Shown here piece by piece: positions 14,640-27,400 of a stretch of DNA of 64,000 nucleotides. The notes under the pieces are model-generated. The model was not told the DNA's origin, did no database searches, and was given only the letters and a program-made list of their open reading frames with translations. The stretch's first letter is position 1, and each line of letters begins with the position of its first letter. The position numbers were made by a program, and so were the translations under genes. The stretch is from Camelus dromedarius (lineage: Eukaryota), in assembly GCF_036321535.1 (NCBI RefSeq), contig NC_087436.1, positions 67,086,001 to 67,150,000 of the forward strand, read 5' to 3'.

Positions 14640-15870
14640 TAAGGTAGATACCACAGTAACAACATAGGCATATGCAAGGGAAAACACAGCTTAAGATAAT
14701 GATTCACAAAATAAGTAACAAATTTTTCCAAGAGTCCCATGATCCAAACCATTGATTTATTAAGTCCCCTAAGCTGGGAATAGGACCACTCACCATGTTC
14801 ACTTGTGTCCTCATGTGATTTAATAAAGATGATACATTCGCAGACTCATCAAGTATGAACACACAAGATTCTGCTTGGATTAACAGCATAGGTACCTCCT
14901 TGCTAGGCAGGAATAATGACTAAGGCCATCTTATTTTGGAGGGTGGTTTTTCTCATTAGAGACATTTCAGTGTTCAGTAAAGACAGACTTTGTTGGCATC
15001 ATTTAAGCCTTGTTGTGTGAATGTAGTAAGGGATTCTCTGTGTCCTATAATGTCCTCCAGGTCAGTGGAGGGAACAAATATGGTGGCCAAGTGATTGCAC
15101 CAGAGAAAACAAAATGTGTTCACCTGGCCTTGAGGAGAGAGAAGTTGGCAACTTTTTTTTTTTTAACCATGGGATGGATTCTCCCCTGTGCTCAGGAAAA
15201 CCCAGGGTGCAGCGGTCCAATCACCCAGATGGAAGCCATGGCCAAAGATAGTTATTTGATTCCATTTGGGGCTACCCAATAAATACCTGCGTGGCATGAG
15301 CAGCCAGTGCCAAACCAGCCTCTGTCAGAGAGACTGCACAGTTTTGGTGATATTCATCCCATATCCCTGGTATAATTATGTTGGCTCCATTCTTCTGTGA
15401 TTCCTCTGTTCCCAACATAGAACTGCATGAGTACACAAATTGTCCACAGGGGCTAAGGCATATGAACCCATCCCAAACCTGAGTATAGCCTCCAATGGCT
15501 CTGATGGTGGTATTTTTAGGACCCTTCAGGATAGCAGTTTGATGGGTTGCTTGTATAGTTTGAGTGACAGATAAAGAATCCCTTGCCCCATGTTACTGAT
15601 GGTGTGTGCCATAGGCCAGGTTTCCGTATCAGTGTTGGTAATGTAGGAGGATTTAAGAGTACTAATCCTAGATGTTCTTCCTTAATGTACTGCTCTAGTG
15701 TCTTCTAAGCCCCTCCCTGGAGTGGGGATACCCACCGTGGAAATCCTGATAATCTTGAGAGGGGCAGCTGCCCACATAACCTCAGCTCTTGAATTGATTC
15801 CTTGTCTGGCATATGAATGGGCCCACTATAGAAAGATGTTTCCATCAGGTGCCCATCCCCTGACTAGACA
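14640..15870 (-). pseudogene. Disrupted gamma-type env, ERVPABLB/HERV-R(b)-like
   Basis: Collinear minus-strand motifs: NIFL*WAHSYA (15808-15840), CGQLPLSRLSGFPRWVSPLQG, GYTQVWDGF (15464-15490), APNG..LWPWLPSG*LDRCTLG (~15200-15275), SLSLLNTEMSLMRKTTLQNKMAL (immunosuppressive domain, ~14921-14990), ESCVFILDESANVS and a hydrophobic TM segment. The order matches recalled EnvPABLB motifs NVFLQWAHSYA, QIWDGF, LWPWLPSGWLGCCTLG, LQNRMAL. Confidence 0.85.
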
Positions 15871-16249
15871 CCATGGGAGTAGCAGAAGTCCAAGGTCAAA
15901 AAGACAGAAATTTAGTAGAAACTCTTATGAGAAGCTCTTCCCCTTCTAAAAAAGTTATACTTGTAGCCTGATCCTTAGATGTTAATGTGGCTGAGGCTTT
16001 AGGAATCTGACTAGGTTGTGCAAACCATACATGTTGGTCAGGGGAGGCAGCACTGTCAGGCATGAGAAGATGGAATAGGGGCAGAATATGCTAGACCAGG
16101 GCCCCCACCTTCTCTGTCTCAGATACTTCCCATGGCCTGTACCTGTTCCTGGGATTGGTCACTTTCCCCCAGATCAGCAGTGGATTTCCCAACAGCAAAA
16201 ATATTTTGTGCTAAGACTAGGCTCAGCATGGATATCAGTGTCCCATATT

Positions 16250-17130
16250 AGGTACAGAGGGGCAGGCTGGAGTATCTTGGCTTTCATGCCTTCAGCAAAT
16301 GTGACCCGATCAGGGCCTTCAAAGATGGGTGAGGACTGCCTGTCTCACTCCCAACTTCCTAAGAATTTGTTATACTTCCTCTATAGATTTCCAGGGTCTC
16401 GTATGCCCAGGGACAGCCTCCTCATTGAGCCAAGTAGCCCTGTAGGATACAGTAATCCAATCTGTAAGGGAGTGACGCTTGTGAATCACTCGAGAACCAT
16501 GCAGGAACTGCTGGAGGGAAGGGTATGTGGTGATACTGCCCATTTTCTCTGCCTCCTGTCCAGTCAGAGAAATGGTGTTTCCTGTATCCCACAGCTGCAC
16601 TAACCACGCCTGGATACCTTCCCTGGCCTTTTGTTAGAACTTGGCAGCTGCATCAATAAGCTCAGCAGGCATATATTCTTTCACTATGAACGTTTCTTGA
16701 ATTGGGAGCTGCCCTGCTGGCTGGGGTTGTCATTGCTGTGCTTTTGCTTTTCTATTTACTAGGGGTCAAATGACAAAGGGCATTTCATGTTCCACTGTCA
16801 ATCACAGCATCCTCCCCCTTTTTCTCTTTACTTTCCCAGGGATTCCACCTGTTAGTGCCCCAATCAGGCTCTGTAATAAGTATTCAGATCTTAATCCCTG
16901 TCAGCTTGTGCCCTCTTAGCTTTGCAAAATGGCAAGTTAAGGTCTCCAATTTATTATCCTGCTCTCCTCCCTTGTCTGCCAGCCCTGAAGCCAGCAGAGT
17001 AGTGGACAACTTCACATCCTTCTCTAACTTCAGCTCTTCTTCCAACTTCCTAACTCGAGCTTTAGCCTCTAGTTCGACATTGGTGGCCAGCTGAACTGCC
17101 TACAGTAGAGGCCAGCCTCCTGGGCACTCA
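16250..17130 (-). pseudogene. Disrupted class III (ERVL/HERV-S/HERVL18-like) gag
   Basis: Minus-strand peptides AWLVQLWDTGNTISLTGQEAEKMGSITTYPSLQQFL..SLTDWITVSYRATW..WKSIEEV (16370-16610) and GPDRVTFAEGMKAKILQPAP (16258-16317). These resemble recalled class III gag motifs LWDxGxxxI..ExEKLASITTHPSLRQRL and GPDDExFT. Stops and frameshifts are present. Confidence 0.72.
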
Positions 17131-17318
17131 TTTATTTCCCTTCTTTGTTGCAGTACATTATGCACAGTTCCTCAAACAAATACATTAAATCTCTTATAAT
17201 CACATGGACGTCTATAAGCATCTGACACATGGGTTACTTCTGCTTACACAGAGGTCGATGGCCAACTCATTATTTCCCCAGAAGATGCCTCTTTGCCAAG
17301 ATCCATTTCTTTGGTGGT

Positions 17319-17336
17319 TTCCTGGCTGGCTCACTA
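17319..17336 (-). promoter_or_regulatory. Primer-binding site complementary to tRNA-Arg(ACG)
   Basis: Plus strand TTCCTGGCTGGCTCACTA matches the recalled tRNA-Arg(ACG) 3' end CTCCTGGCTGGCTCGCCA at 15 of 18 positions. It lies 2 nt inside the 5' LTR boundary. Confidence 0.85.
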
Positions 17337-17338
17337 AT

Positions 17339-17833
17339 TGTTTGAAACCTCAGGAGTTCTCTAGGTGAAATTCAAAACTGGCCCCTAAACAGGGAGGGCA
17401 AAGAGAGATAAGAAAGACAGACCCCTCCAGATTGGTAGGTGGTAGGCTTAATAAGCAGAGAACTCACATAAGAGGCTTGTCTTGGGTGGCTGCAAGATGG
17501 GTACATCTCTGTACCCACCAGCTAAAATCTTGAGTTTATATAGAGGTCTTAATGGGGGTTTAGTCATATATACAGTCTAGATATTCTCCATAACACAATA
17601 CTCTCAAGGCTGCATCCCTGAAGCAGCTCCCAGTAAGGGAATGGTGGGTAGAATGAACGTTCCAGACAGTGGAGTGGATAGAATGCGTGCTTAGCATGCA
17701 TAAGGTCCTGGGTTCAATCCCCAGTACCTCCATTTAAAAAAAAAAAAGAGAGAAGAAAAGAAGACTTCAGTTGCCTCTATTCAGCTCATGAGTCAACCCA
17801 GTGGTCAAGTCCTCTCAAAGACCTCTTCCAACA
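17339..17833 (-). mobile_element. 5' LTR of the provirus, interrupted by a SINE
   Basis: Homologous to 14108-14524. Ends in CCAACA at 17833 on the plus strand. The PBS lies just inside it. Confidence 0.88.
17673..17747 (+). mobile_element. 5'-truncated tRNA-Ala-derived SINE (Vic-1-like) inserted in the 5' LTR
   Basis: TGCTTAGCATGCATAAGGTCCTGGGTTCAATCCCCAGTACCTCCA (B box) followed by A12. Absent from the other LTR. Confidence 0.88.
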
Positions 17834-18819
17834 AAAGTAGAACTGTATCAATGCAAACAAAGTTGGATTAAGAGGATAGACTGTTTTATTAAATTCTCTT
17901 TTTTGTTCTTGATTGTGTACTGCATAGCTGATTCTCCCCTTTTGTTCTTGATTTTGCACTGTGCTTATACAGTGTCTAGCTATTTGCTAAACAGTTAATA
18001 AATATTAGCTAAAAGGGTGAATCTATAAATATAACAGGTAAAATACATAGAACACCTCAAAAAACCACTATTTTCAACGTGATAATTATGAGTTGCTGAT
18101 CGTGGCACAAACTCAACACTTCCCAAGTACTTGCCCATAATAACTTCTCATCAAGCATTCTCTGCCTCACTGGGGATGACCTCATACGTCACAGACAATA
18201 AAGATTCATTCATTTAATCATTCATTGTAGAAGGAATCACTCTGATCCCTTTTGAACTCCTTAGAGGCGATATTAGTGACAGTCTCAAATATCTTTTACT
18301 TATTTTCTTTTCCAGTTTGAAAAGTCATTTAATTGTGACTTATTCCCTTGAATAAATGTGCAAACATATAAAGGATATGTGTTGTTTTAAGGATCATGAC
18401 CTTGTTGAAAATGGTGAATTCAAACTATTAGTAATTACTTTTTGTTAACTTTGCTTCTAATTTTTCTACTTAACAGTAAGATATAAAGAGTTTTTTTTTG
18501 CATAAATACACTCAAATTAATTAACAAAATTATTAAAAAATTGGTACCTAATAAGAACTACTTTTAATGGAGGAACAATATATGGAACTAGTAGCATTTT
18601 TTAGTATTTGTAGACTGAATATTCCAAATACCTTCTGAGGGTTTTTGCCAATTTAAAATCAAAACAAAATATAATTTAATCATTTTGACCCCTTCAGAAA
18701 TTCCCTAAGATCAATTTGCCTGTTTCCCATGGACAATGAGGGCCTTTATTTAAAAAAGTGAAATGTGTTAAATATTCTTATTTTCCATTATAATTATTAC
18801 ATATAGTTAAAAGCTACAG

Positions 18820-19043
18820 CATAGATTAGCAAATGTTTTCTATAAAGAGCAAAGTAGTAAATATTTTAGTTTTTTCAGGTCATTTGGCCTCTGTTAAAAC
18901 TACTAAATTTTGCCACTGTAGCACAAGAGCAGTCATAGACAAAGTGTAAATAATTGAGCATGACTGTGTTCCCATGAAACTTTATTTACAAAAACAAGTG
19001 GAGAGCTGGATTTGGCTTGTAGGCATTGGTTTATTGATCTCAG
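18820..19043. mobile_element. MER58A-like hAT DNA transposon
   Basis: GCAAATGTTTTCTATAAAGAGC..AGTAAATATTTTAG..GCAGTCATAGACAA..TGACTGTGTTCCCATGAAACTTTATTTACAAAAACA. Confidence 0.8.
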
Positions 19044-21554
19044 ATATGTAAAACTGAAAGACAGCTGTTTTTCTACCTATAAATTTTAAATTTATAAAAG
19101 AGTTCTTTGAGCCTAAGAATTACTGTCTGTTGTTAGACTGTTTTCTCCACTAGACTATGAATTCCTTGAGGGTAAGGACTCTGTCATATTCATTTCAACT
19201 CTCTCCATATATATATATGACTTGAGTGAGAATCTCTATTTCATTGACAAAACATTACCCATTTTAGAAATTTTGTATCTATTTCCTCTTTTCAAATGGT
19301 ATCTCAAAGATCAAAGACTCTTAACAATTTGAATAATGAAGCATGGGCTATATAAGTGGAGAAGTTATAATCTTATCTCATCATATAAAATAAATATTTT
19401 TACCAAACTTCTCTAGAAGATGTATTAAGCATTGTCTAGCCTATCTTTCAACTTACCACTCTCAATGTAGTTGGGGTCTTCTTCTCCTATAGACTCAAGA
19501 CTTCTCGCCCCTGCCACTTAACATACAAACTTTTGGCTCCACAAGTTGTTTTGCTGTTGGCCACTCCTGTGATGTTGGAAATATCATTTCTATTATTAAG
19601 AATTGGGGAGCTATCTCTATGGGCTCTGATACTTACTAATTCTTATATTTAATTTTTTTTTTGGAGAACTGCCATCCTCAACCTGAACAACGACACCTTC
19701 CATTTATGAGTTATTCTCCAAAAGTATTAAGAATATATTTTACCTTTATCCATACTGTTAAATGGGACCTTACTATCCTTTTATGGGATGCCTAGTTTCT
19801 GAAATTTGAGTTGCCTTTTCAAGATGCCTTAATGCTGAATTGTATGCTTACGTTGGGATTTGTGATATTTTATGTGGAATTTATTATTACTAATTTATTT
19901 GCTCCTGTATTACCTGAAAATCCTTTTTATTGATTACATCTTCTCCCACTTCAAACACTAGGAACCAATTCAGCTCTGGAGTATTTGTTTGATTCCACTG
20001 GATCAATCTAGTGATATGTTTTGATTTCTTGCTAAAATCTTTATTCAGTAGTATTTCTCTGTGTGTCACAAGGTATATATAACATTTTTGATATTATAAG
20101 CGATAGAATTCTATGTTATTTTAATGTCCTACAACTTTATGGTTCAAATATTTTTTTCCTAGCTATGGAAAAGCTTGAATTATTGATATATTTGAAATAA
20201 ACAAACTAGATTTTTCTTAACTTTTTTTCACTAATTCTAGTTGTTTTTCTACCACTTAATACCAATGAACAACATTTCACCATGTATAAAGGGCATGAAT
20301 ATATATTCAAACTAAAGATGAAAGGATAAATGCATTATTTGTGATGTGGGAAGAAACAACACCAATATTCATCCTCACTTCCTATTCCCTTGTTCAAAAG
20401 AATATTTTTATTGCTATAAATCTAAAACAACTCACATTTTCTAATCTATTTCTGGTAATACTAATCTTATTCATATACACATTTATTTACCAGGGAATAT
20501 TTAGACTTAATTGAGATCAAGTACAAAATATCAGTATGCTGAAACACACTGAATTAAAAGTATCAGAAGTGTATCTAAAAGGGAACCCAGAATACAAAAA
20601 TCTTGTTATCAGTAACCTAGGATGAATTAGCAGTATAGTCATCTTGGGATTGGAACAATGATTTTTGGGACAAGAGCCAATTAAATATATCTAGCCTTGA
20701 GTGGGAATTAATCCTGGGTAATGTGGAAGTTTTGCATCTGCTGTTAGATTTAGAATATATTCTAATTTGAACAAATTCTAAATATGTCAAATTTGGGGAA
20801 GTTTTGTTTTTTCTTTAATCTCCTCTATGCCTCGGTGCTTTCTACATAAGTGGGAAAAAAATAACAGAACATATATTTTAGTCTCTGAAAGTTTACTGGA
20901 CTCTGGACTCAGTATTGTCCTATGAAGATTTTGGTTGCTGGGTTATATACATGTGTTGAAATTTTTGCTATTTTATCTGAAATTACTTATTGATAACATG
21001 AGATGTTAAGATTCCATAAGATGAGGAATGTATAGACTTTAGTAAAGTACCTGGATCACTATAAGTGTTAAATAGTTTTAATTACTAAATATTATTACCA
21101 ATCATTGCTCCTGTTGGGCTAGTTGACTAAGTAGAAAGATACATTTTATAATGAATATTTTGATGTTCCTTGCAAAAATCCTCTTTAAAGATTTTTTTTC
21201 CAGTTGTAAAAGTAATCTTGCATAAAATTTTACTAAGATAATTAGTTACTTAATAAAATATTTATATTTTTAAGAAATGGCTTTAAGGTATGAATGTATG
21301 CCCAGACTTTGGAAAAGAAAATGTTTGATTGGTTTAGCCATCTATAGAAAAAATTCACTCTAATAAAGAGGATATTAATAGAATTAGGGGATTTCCCAAG
21401 TGATCATTAAGAATCCTAAAGTATCATAGTACTTCATCATCAAGAAGTACACTTTGTAATGATATTCTTTTAAGCATTTATTTTCTAATTTGTTGTAATA
21501 GGCATAAAAGAACATGTCATAGCAGAAGGTTCATGCTCTACTTACTAAATTGAA

Positions 21555-21643
21555 AAAGAGAAGGAGAAGGAGGAAAAGGAGAAGAAAGAGGAGCAAGAGA
21601 AGGAGAAGCAGGAAGAGAAGGCAAAGAGAAGGAGAAGGAAGAC
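21555..21643 (+). repeat. GA-rich low-complexity tract
   Basis: Degenerate (GAGAAG)n, almost purely purine. Confidence 0.85.
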
Positions 21644-21906
21644 GAATGTAACACTACTGTCAATAAGGACAAGAAAGGAAAAGAACCTTGCCAGTGAGAC
21701 TTCAGTATTGTTTCAGAGTCTCTCCTGAACTGTTATGAGTGGCCTTGTTCTTTCCAACAACATCCCTATGATTTTTTAACAAACTTTGACACTGTCTTAA
21801 TAGTGGAAATAACCTCCTGATATTTATTTATTTCCCCAATTATCCTACAGAGAAATTTCCTACAGAGAAAATACTGTCTTAAACAGTTAAAAATATTTGA
21901 CCTGCT

Positions 21907-22303
21907 GTGTTGGTCTTCTGATGTGTCAACTTGGCTGAACTACAGTCCCTAGTTGTTGAATCAAAAATTAATCTATGGCATTGTCGTGAAGGTATTTTGT
22001 ATATATGATTAATGTCCATAAGAAGTACACTATAAATAGGGAGAATACCCTAGATAATCTGGGCTAGCCTGATTCAGCTAGTTAAAAGGCCTTAAAAGCA
22101 GAGTTGAGGCTTCTCTGATGAAGGAGAAATTCTCCTGCCAGTCCATGCCTAGGAGTTTGCCTGCCTTTCCTCATGTACTTACCTATGGAGACTGGAGTTG
22201 CCTGGACAATTGTCACAATTGTATAAGCCAATTCCTTGCAATAAATATCTCAATCTGTATTTCCTACTGCTTTTCTTTCTCTGGTTGGACCCTGATCGAT
22301 ACA
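21907..22303 (+). mobile_element. ERVL solo LTR (MLT2-like)
   Basis: TGTG..ATGTGTCAACTTGGCTG..GTGAAGGTATTTTGT..AGCCAATTCCTTGCAATAAAT..ACCCTGATCGATACA. Confidence 0.82.
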
Positions 22304-23882
22304 CATAAGTAGCATTTATGTTTTGATATTTAATAAATTAGTTGTGTGAATTAGAGCTCAGTTAGTTAAAAAATGTATCTCAGAGAAACTGTTTGAACCC
22401 ACAATCCTTGGAGCCAACATAAAACAGTGGCTCAAACTTAATATTTGTCTTCATTCCCTTTCTCTACTTCCGTATGTCTCATTTGTCTAATTACTGAACA
22501 GTAATAAGGCAAAGGCAAATTACAACTCAAATATGCCCAAATGCATACAATTTGCAAACTTAATATGTATTTCAAGTTCACTTCATGTAGTAAATCACTT
22601 AAAAACATAATATGTATACATGTGTGTGTTTCTCTCTATATATAGAGGGAGAAAGAGGGAGAGAGAGGAGATTTGACTCCACTCTTCTCCATATACTATC
22701 TTATTTATTTCTTTGTTCTTCTTTAGAGCAAAAAGACCTTGAATTCTTGATTTTTCTATAATTATTATTCTCTTTCAGATTTTTTGGATAATTTCCATCA
22801 CATTTTTGTTGATAGTATTCTACCAAAATCACTGTTAATTAAGCACATGAATAGCCTCCATTTTGATAAATATGACAGTTAATTGCCAGTCCTCATTTTA
22901 CTTCAATAATCAATGAAAAATATGTCTCAAAATAGAAGTAGCAAAGACTTAAAAAGTATGAAAACAAATAGCTGTCATGTATTTGAATATTTTGATACAC
23001 AAAGAATAAAAATAGCAATTATATACCCCAATAAGCATTTTTAATTTCTTATATTAGCAAAATTTTTATTATTTTCAATGATAACTCCCATTTTTCACAG
23101 AGGTACATAATGGGTGTGCAATAAATATCATATTCTGATAAAATAAATGAATGAATTAACTCAATAGCAATGTATACTACAGGTGAGCATGTACATGTTA
23201 AAGTCTTTATTAAAAGTGATTAAAATGCAGACATGAATCTTAAAGTTATTTAGAATTTGGAATTTGAACTTAAGAAAACTGCAGAAATGTAGAAATAACT
23301 ATATACAAAATAATGTTCATTGAAACATTTTAAGAAACAAAAAATAATAAAATCAAATTTCTAACATTCTCAGTTAAGGGTGCTATTAGATAAAAATTAT
23401 GCCAATAAAAAGAACAGCAGTTCTCAGGTAGAAATAAACCTGCTATGTTTCAGAAATTAAATGAAGGCCAGAGTAAGCTGGGAAATAGTATTCAATGGGA
23501 AGAGTGTTGTAAAATGAAAGCAATCATGCAAGGTTTATAATCTATTTTAAAGCATGGGAATATATCCAAAGAGCAATGAGAAACCATTGAAGAAGCTTTA
23601 AGCTGGGGATTATGAAATAAAAGTTTTTTTTTCAAGTATTATCCTGGTTCCTGTGAAGAGAATAGATTGTAGAAGGGGGAAGGGAGGCTAGAAGGGGACC
23701 AGGAAGATGATGCAGTTTTCCAGGTGTGTAGGCATTATTTATCCATCAATATCTGTTTTGTAATCCTTTAACTCTTGCAGCTGACTATTTCTGGACAATG
23801 TATAAGTGCATATGTCCCTTCTAGGCAGATATATTTGAGTTCTCATTTGAAATCCTCCAGAAATCTAGTGATTGGGGAAGAC

Positions 23883-24402
23883 TGTATTAGTCAGAGTTCT
23901 CCAGAGAAACAGAACCAATAAGATATATAGAGCATATATAGAAAGAGATTTATTATGAGGGATTTGCTCACACAATTGTGGAAGCTGAGAAGTCCCATTA
24001 TCTTCCTTCTGCAAACTGGAGGCCCAGGAAAACTGGGGATGCAGTTCTAATCCAAATCCGAAGGTATGAAAACCTAAAAAGCCAGTGACCTAAGTCCCAA
24101 GTCCTGAAGGCCTGTGAACTAGTACTTATGACGTTCAAAGGCAGGAGAAGACAGATGTCCTAACTCAAGTAGCGCGAGCAGACCTGTCTGTCCTCTGCCT
24201 TTTGGTTCTATCTAGGCTCTCAAAGGATTGGGTGAGGTCTACTCATACTGGTAAAGGAGATCTTCTTTACTCAGTCTACCTATTCATATGAGAATCCTTC
24301 TAGAAGCACCCTCACAGACGGACCAGAAATGTTTTACCAGGCATCTGGGCATCCCTTAGCCCAGTCAAGCTGTCAAGTTGACACATAAAGTTAAGCACCA
24401 CA
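23883..24402 (-). mobile_element. ERVL solo LTR (MLT2B-like) nested in an older MaLR LTR and L2
   Basis: TGTATTAGTCAGAGTTCTCCAGAGAAACAGAACCAATA..CAAGTTGACACATAAAGTTAAGCACCACA, with 5-bp flanks AAGAC / AAGTC. Confidence 0.88.
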
Positions 24403-27400
24403 AAGTCCGATTATTAAGATGGTGCAGCCACAAGACTAAAGCATCCTGAATCAGTAATTTGTGGCATGGAGTTTCCTGGCAGTTATCTAAATCCAGAGCC
24501 TACTTTGCATGAGCAAGAAAGAAATATTTGCTGTGTCAAGCCACTGAGCTTTGGTTATTATTTGATAATTTAGCTCATCTTAGCTAATTCATCAGGTGGG
24601 AGAATATGGTTTCAATTTGGGTAGAAACGGAAAATCATGGGAGTAGATGTGACAGTTTAAGGAGAAATCTTAAAGGAAGAAGAATAGCGCCTAGGACAGG
24701 CCCCAAGGAATTTCTGTGAGGGGTCGCAAAGGTAAATGACACAGATGCCAGGTAGATAATGGGAATGAATGAAGCATAAACTGGAAATCAAGATACTCAC
24801 CTAAATTTTTTTTTTTACTCATCTAAATTTGATATTTATTTAACATGCTTACATTTTTGCTTTAAAGAACAATGGGCCCAAGTTTGAATTTTTTTGAGGA
24901 TTCTGACTTTTCAAGGAAAGGTATAAATGCAGATTTTAAAATTTGAATTCTTTAAGTTTTTAAAAGCTGGCTATTCATTTTATTAAAAATTAGAAATAAC
25001 AAAAAAGTCAACATATTGTGTCAGACAGACCTGGTGGCTCAATCACATAAAACCTCTGGACTACTGGTTCATATCATCTCATCTCCTAAATATAGCCAAA
25101 TTTTATTTCCCCCAAACACACATTCACATTATATTATATATTTTTTGTCTTAAGCCTATTTTATTCTTTTGTATAACTTGGCACAAAAGAGGGTAAGTAG
25201 AGAGGATAAAAGAGAGAGAGAAAGAACATTAAAGCAGGCATTGTTTATGAACAAGTGGTCAGAAGAGCTAATTTTCTTAAGCGTTGGCTGCTCTTTTACA
25301 CAGCCTACCCAGCACGACAGACAAGCAGGGGACTTGTAATTTCTCAACGTTAAAGATGTGATAATCTGACTTTTGGAATTGTTATGTGAATATAACTTAT
25401 CTGCTTCAAGTAGTTTGTATGTTCAGGTTACTCACACTTAGTGTGTATGCATATATATGCATGTATGCATGTAACTGCTCCTTCATGAATGTGTAGTCAC
25501 TTCAGTGTACTATATGTGAGGCAGTCAGAGGTGAATTAAGAGACAGAACCTTACTCTCAAGGCATATATTTTTAACAATATCTTTAATTGTTAAAAATGA
25601 CTGAATTAATAATAGGTTGTTATGGTAATAAAGATTTTCTTTTAGATATGCTTACATCTATTCTTGAGTAGAGGATTGAAATAGTGGGCAATAAAACAGA
25701 AGGAAACTGCTGGTCCAGCACAGAGAGACAAAAAAGAATGTGAAAGAGAAGTTAAGAGTCATGAAGGATAGACTAAAAGCTAAAAAAAAAAAAAAAACTG
25801 AATAAGTTTTCCAGAAAGTAAGAATAAGGGAAAAGGAGAGAAAGTAAGATTCAAGTTGAAAACTGTTGACAATTTTTCCAAAATAGATGATCCAATTCTC
25901 AAATTATCTCTCCCTACTGAGTGCCAAGCAAAATAGTAATAATTAAGAAATCCACAGATTAATACAAGTTAGTGGTGTAAAAAATCATTATTAAAAAAAT
26001 CACAAAATCCTTAAAGGCCGTAAGAGGAAAAACAAACTACCCCTACAAAGTATGGCAATAAGGTAAAGACTAAAAGAAAGAAAGAAGAAAGAAAAAAATA
26101 TTTTAAATTGAGATAATCCAGTAAGAAGCACAATAATTTACGTCAAAGTCATAGAATACGTATATAGATCACTTGGTGTCATTTCTCACTATTGTTCAAT
26201 GACTGCATTACTAATCAGTCATAGCGCCCTTTCCCTGAGCTGAAATCCTCAGCACTTTTTCCAACATTGTGCCTGGCACTGAGATGAACCATAGTTTCCA
26301 TTCCAGAATGGCTAAAATAGAGTATGGAGGATGGTAGATTTTTCAGACAGTCACAATAAAAAGGTTTCACTTTTGTGCAAAAAGAATCTCTTCTCTTGTC
26401 TGGTTTGGCCACTGGTTTTCATGGCCCAATGACGTCTGTGCTCCCTCCTGGCAGGATTTTCCAGCCATGCAACACCCTCACACAACTGTGACTGTACACT
26501 CACTCAGCCTCCTTCTTCTGTCTGAGTTATTAGGTATCTCTGCTCTTCTACTATATTCTAGATCATAAGATGAGAAGTAAAATGCCTCACCTTAACATTT
26601 CTTTCAATACTGTTTTTAGTAGAGTATGTCTAATAGGTTTTCCTAGTTTACATCACAGATGTAGTTTTATCCTAATTTTATGACATGTCTATTTTCACAA
26701 AAATGTAGGAAGTAGGAGAAATGGCACTATTTTCTTTAAAATTCTGCCAGTGTCTACTTTTAATATCCCTATACCATGCGAGATTTTTCTATGATCAATG
26801 TTGGGAGAAAAATTTTATTATAAATCCTAAGACTATTGGGATTCTGGGATTATTATAATACAGTGCTTCTCAAATACTTCCAGCAAAGTAGTTCTTATGA
26901 TAGGAGAGAAAGAATGCTTGCTTCTAGTTGTCTGAAGGCATGTCCTAAGCATCCTTAATGAGCAAAACATTTTTTTTAAATTATAAGGTTTATCATACAA
27001 AGCATAAAAATATTTCCAAATATGCCATATCAATGTAGTTTCAATATAAAAATATTCCAAAATCACCACTAACTAAACACTCCAAAAAGAAATATTGTAT
27101 TTATTCTGAGAAAAGATGTACTACTCTATTATGCACCACGAGTTAAGTCTCTTCTAGAAGGCGCCATACATTAATTTGAAAAGGCCAGTTCTGTGACACT
27201 CATTAAATATAAAATACATATTTATTGTAATGTCAAATATATTTTTATGAAATGACAATAATAAAAGTAATCTCAATTTTCTGGAACAACGTGACAGTCC
27301 ATTCAGAAAATCTTTGAAGCTGCAATTACTCGTATCAAGTCCAGATTAACTTAATATAATTTTTATTTGTCATGCATCACTACTTACAGTGTAGGATAAA

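Larger units (their letters stand above)
14108..17833 (-). mobile_element. Degenerate endogenous retrovirus: LTR-PBS-gag-(no pol)-env-PPT-LTR
   Basis: Two homologous LTRs with outer termini TGTTGG and CCAACA. Near-identical 5-bp flanks GAAGT (14103-14107) and AAAGT (17834-17838). PBS, gag remnant, env remnant and PPT-like tract all lie on the minus strand in the expected order. Confidence 0.92.

Noticed and set aside
16088..16603. 171-aa plus-strand ORF, the longest in the track
   Set aside because: It is antisense to the decayed gag and has no recognisable domain.
20749..20764. 16-bp palindrome TTAGAATATATTCTAA and similar AT/CA palindromes near 1272-1293 and 44899-44928
   Set aside because: Expected by chance in AT-rich or microsatellite sequence.
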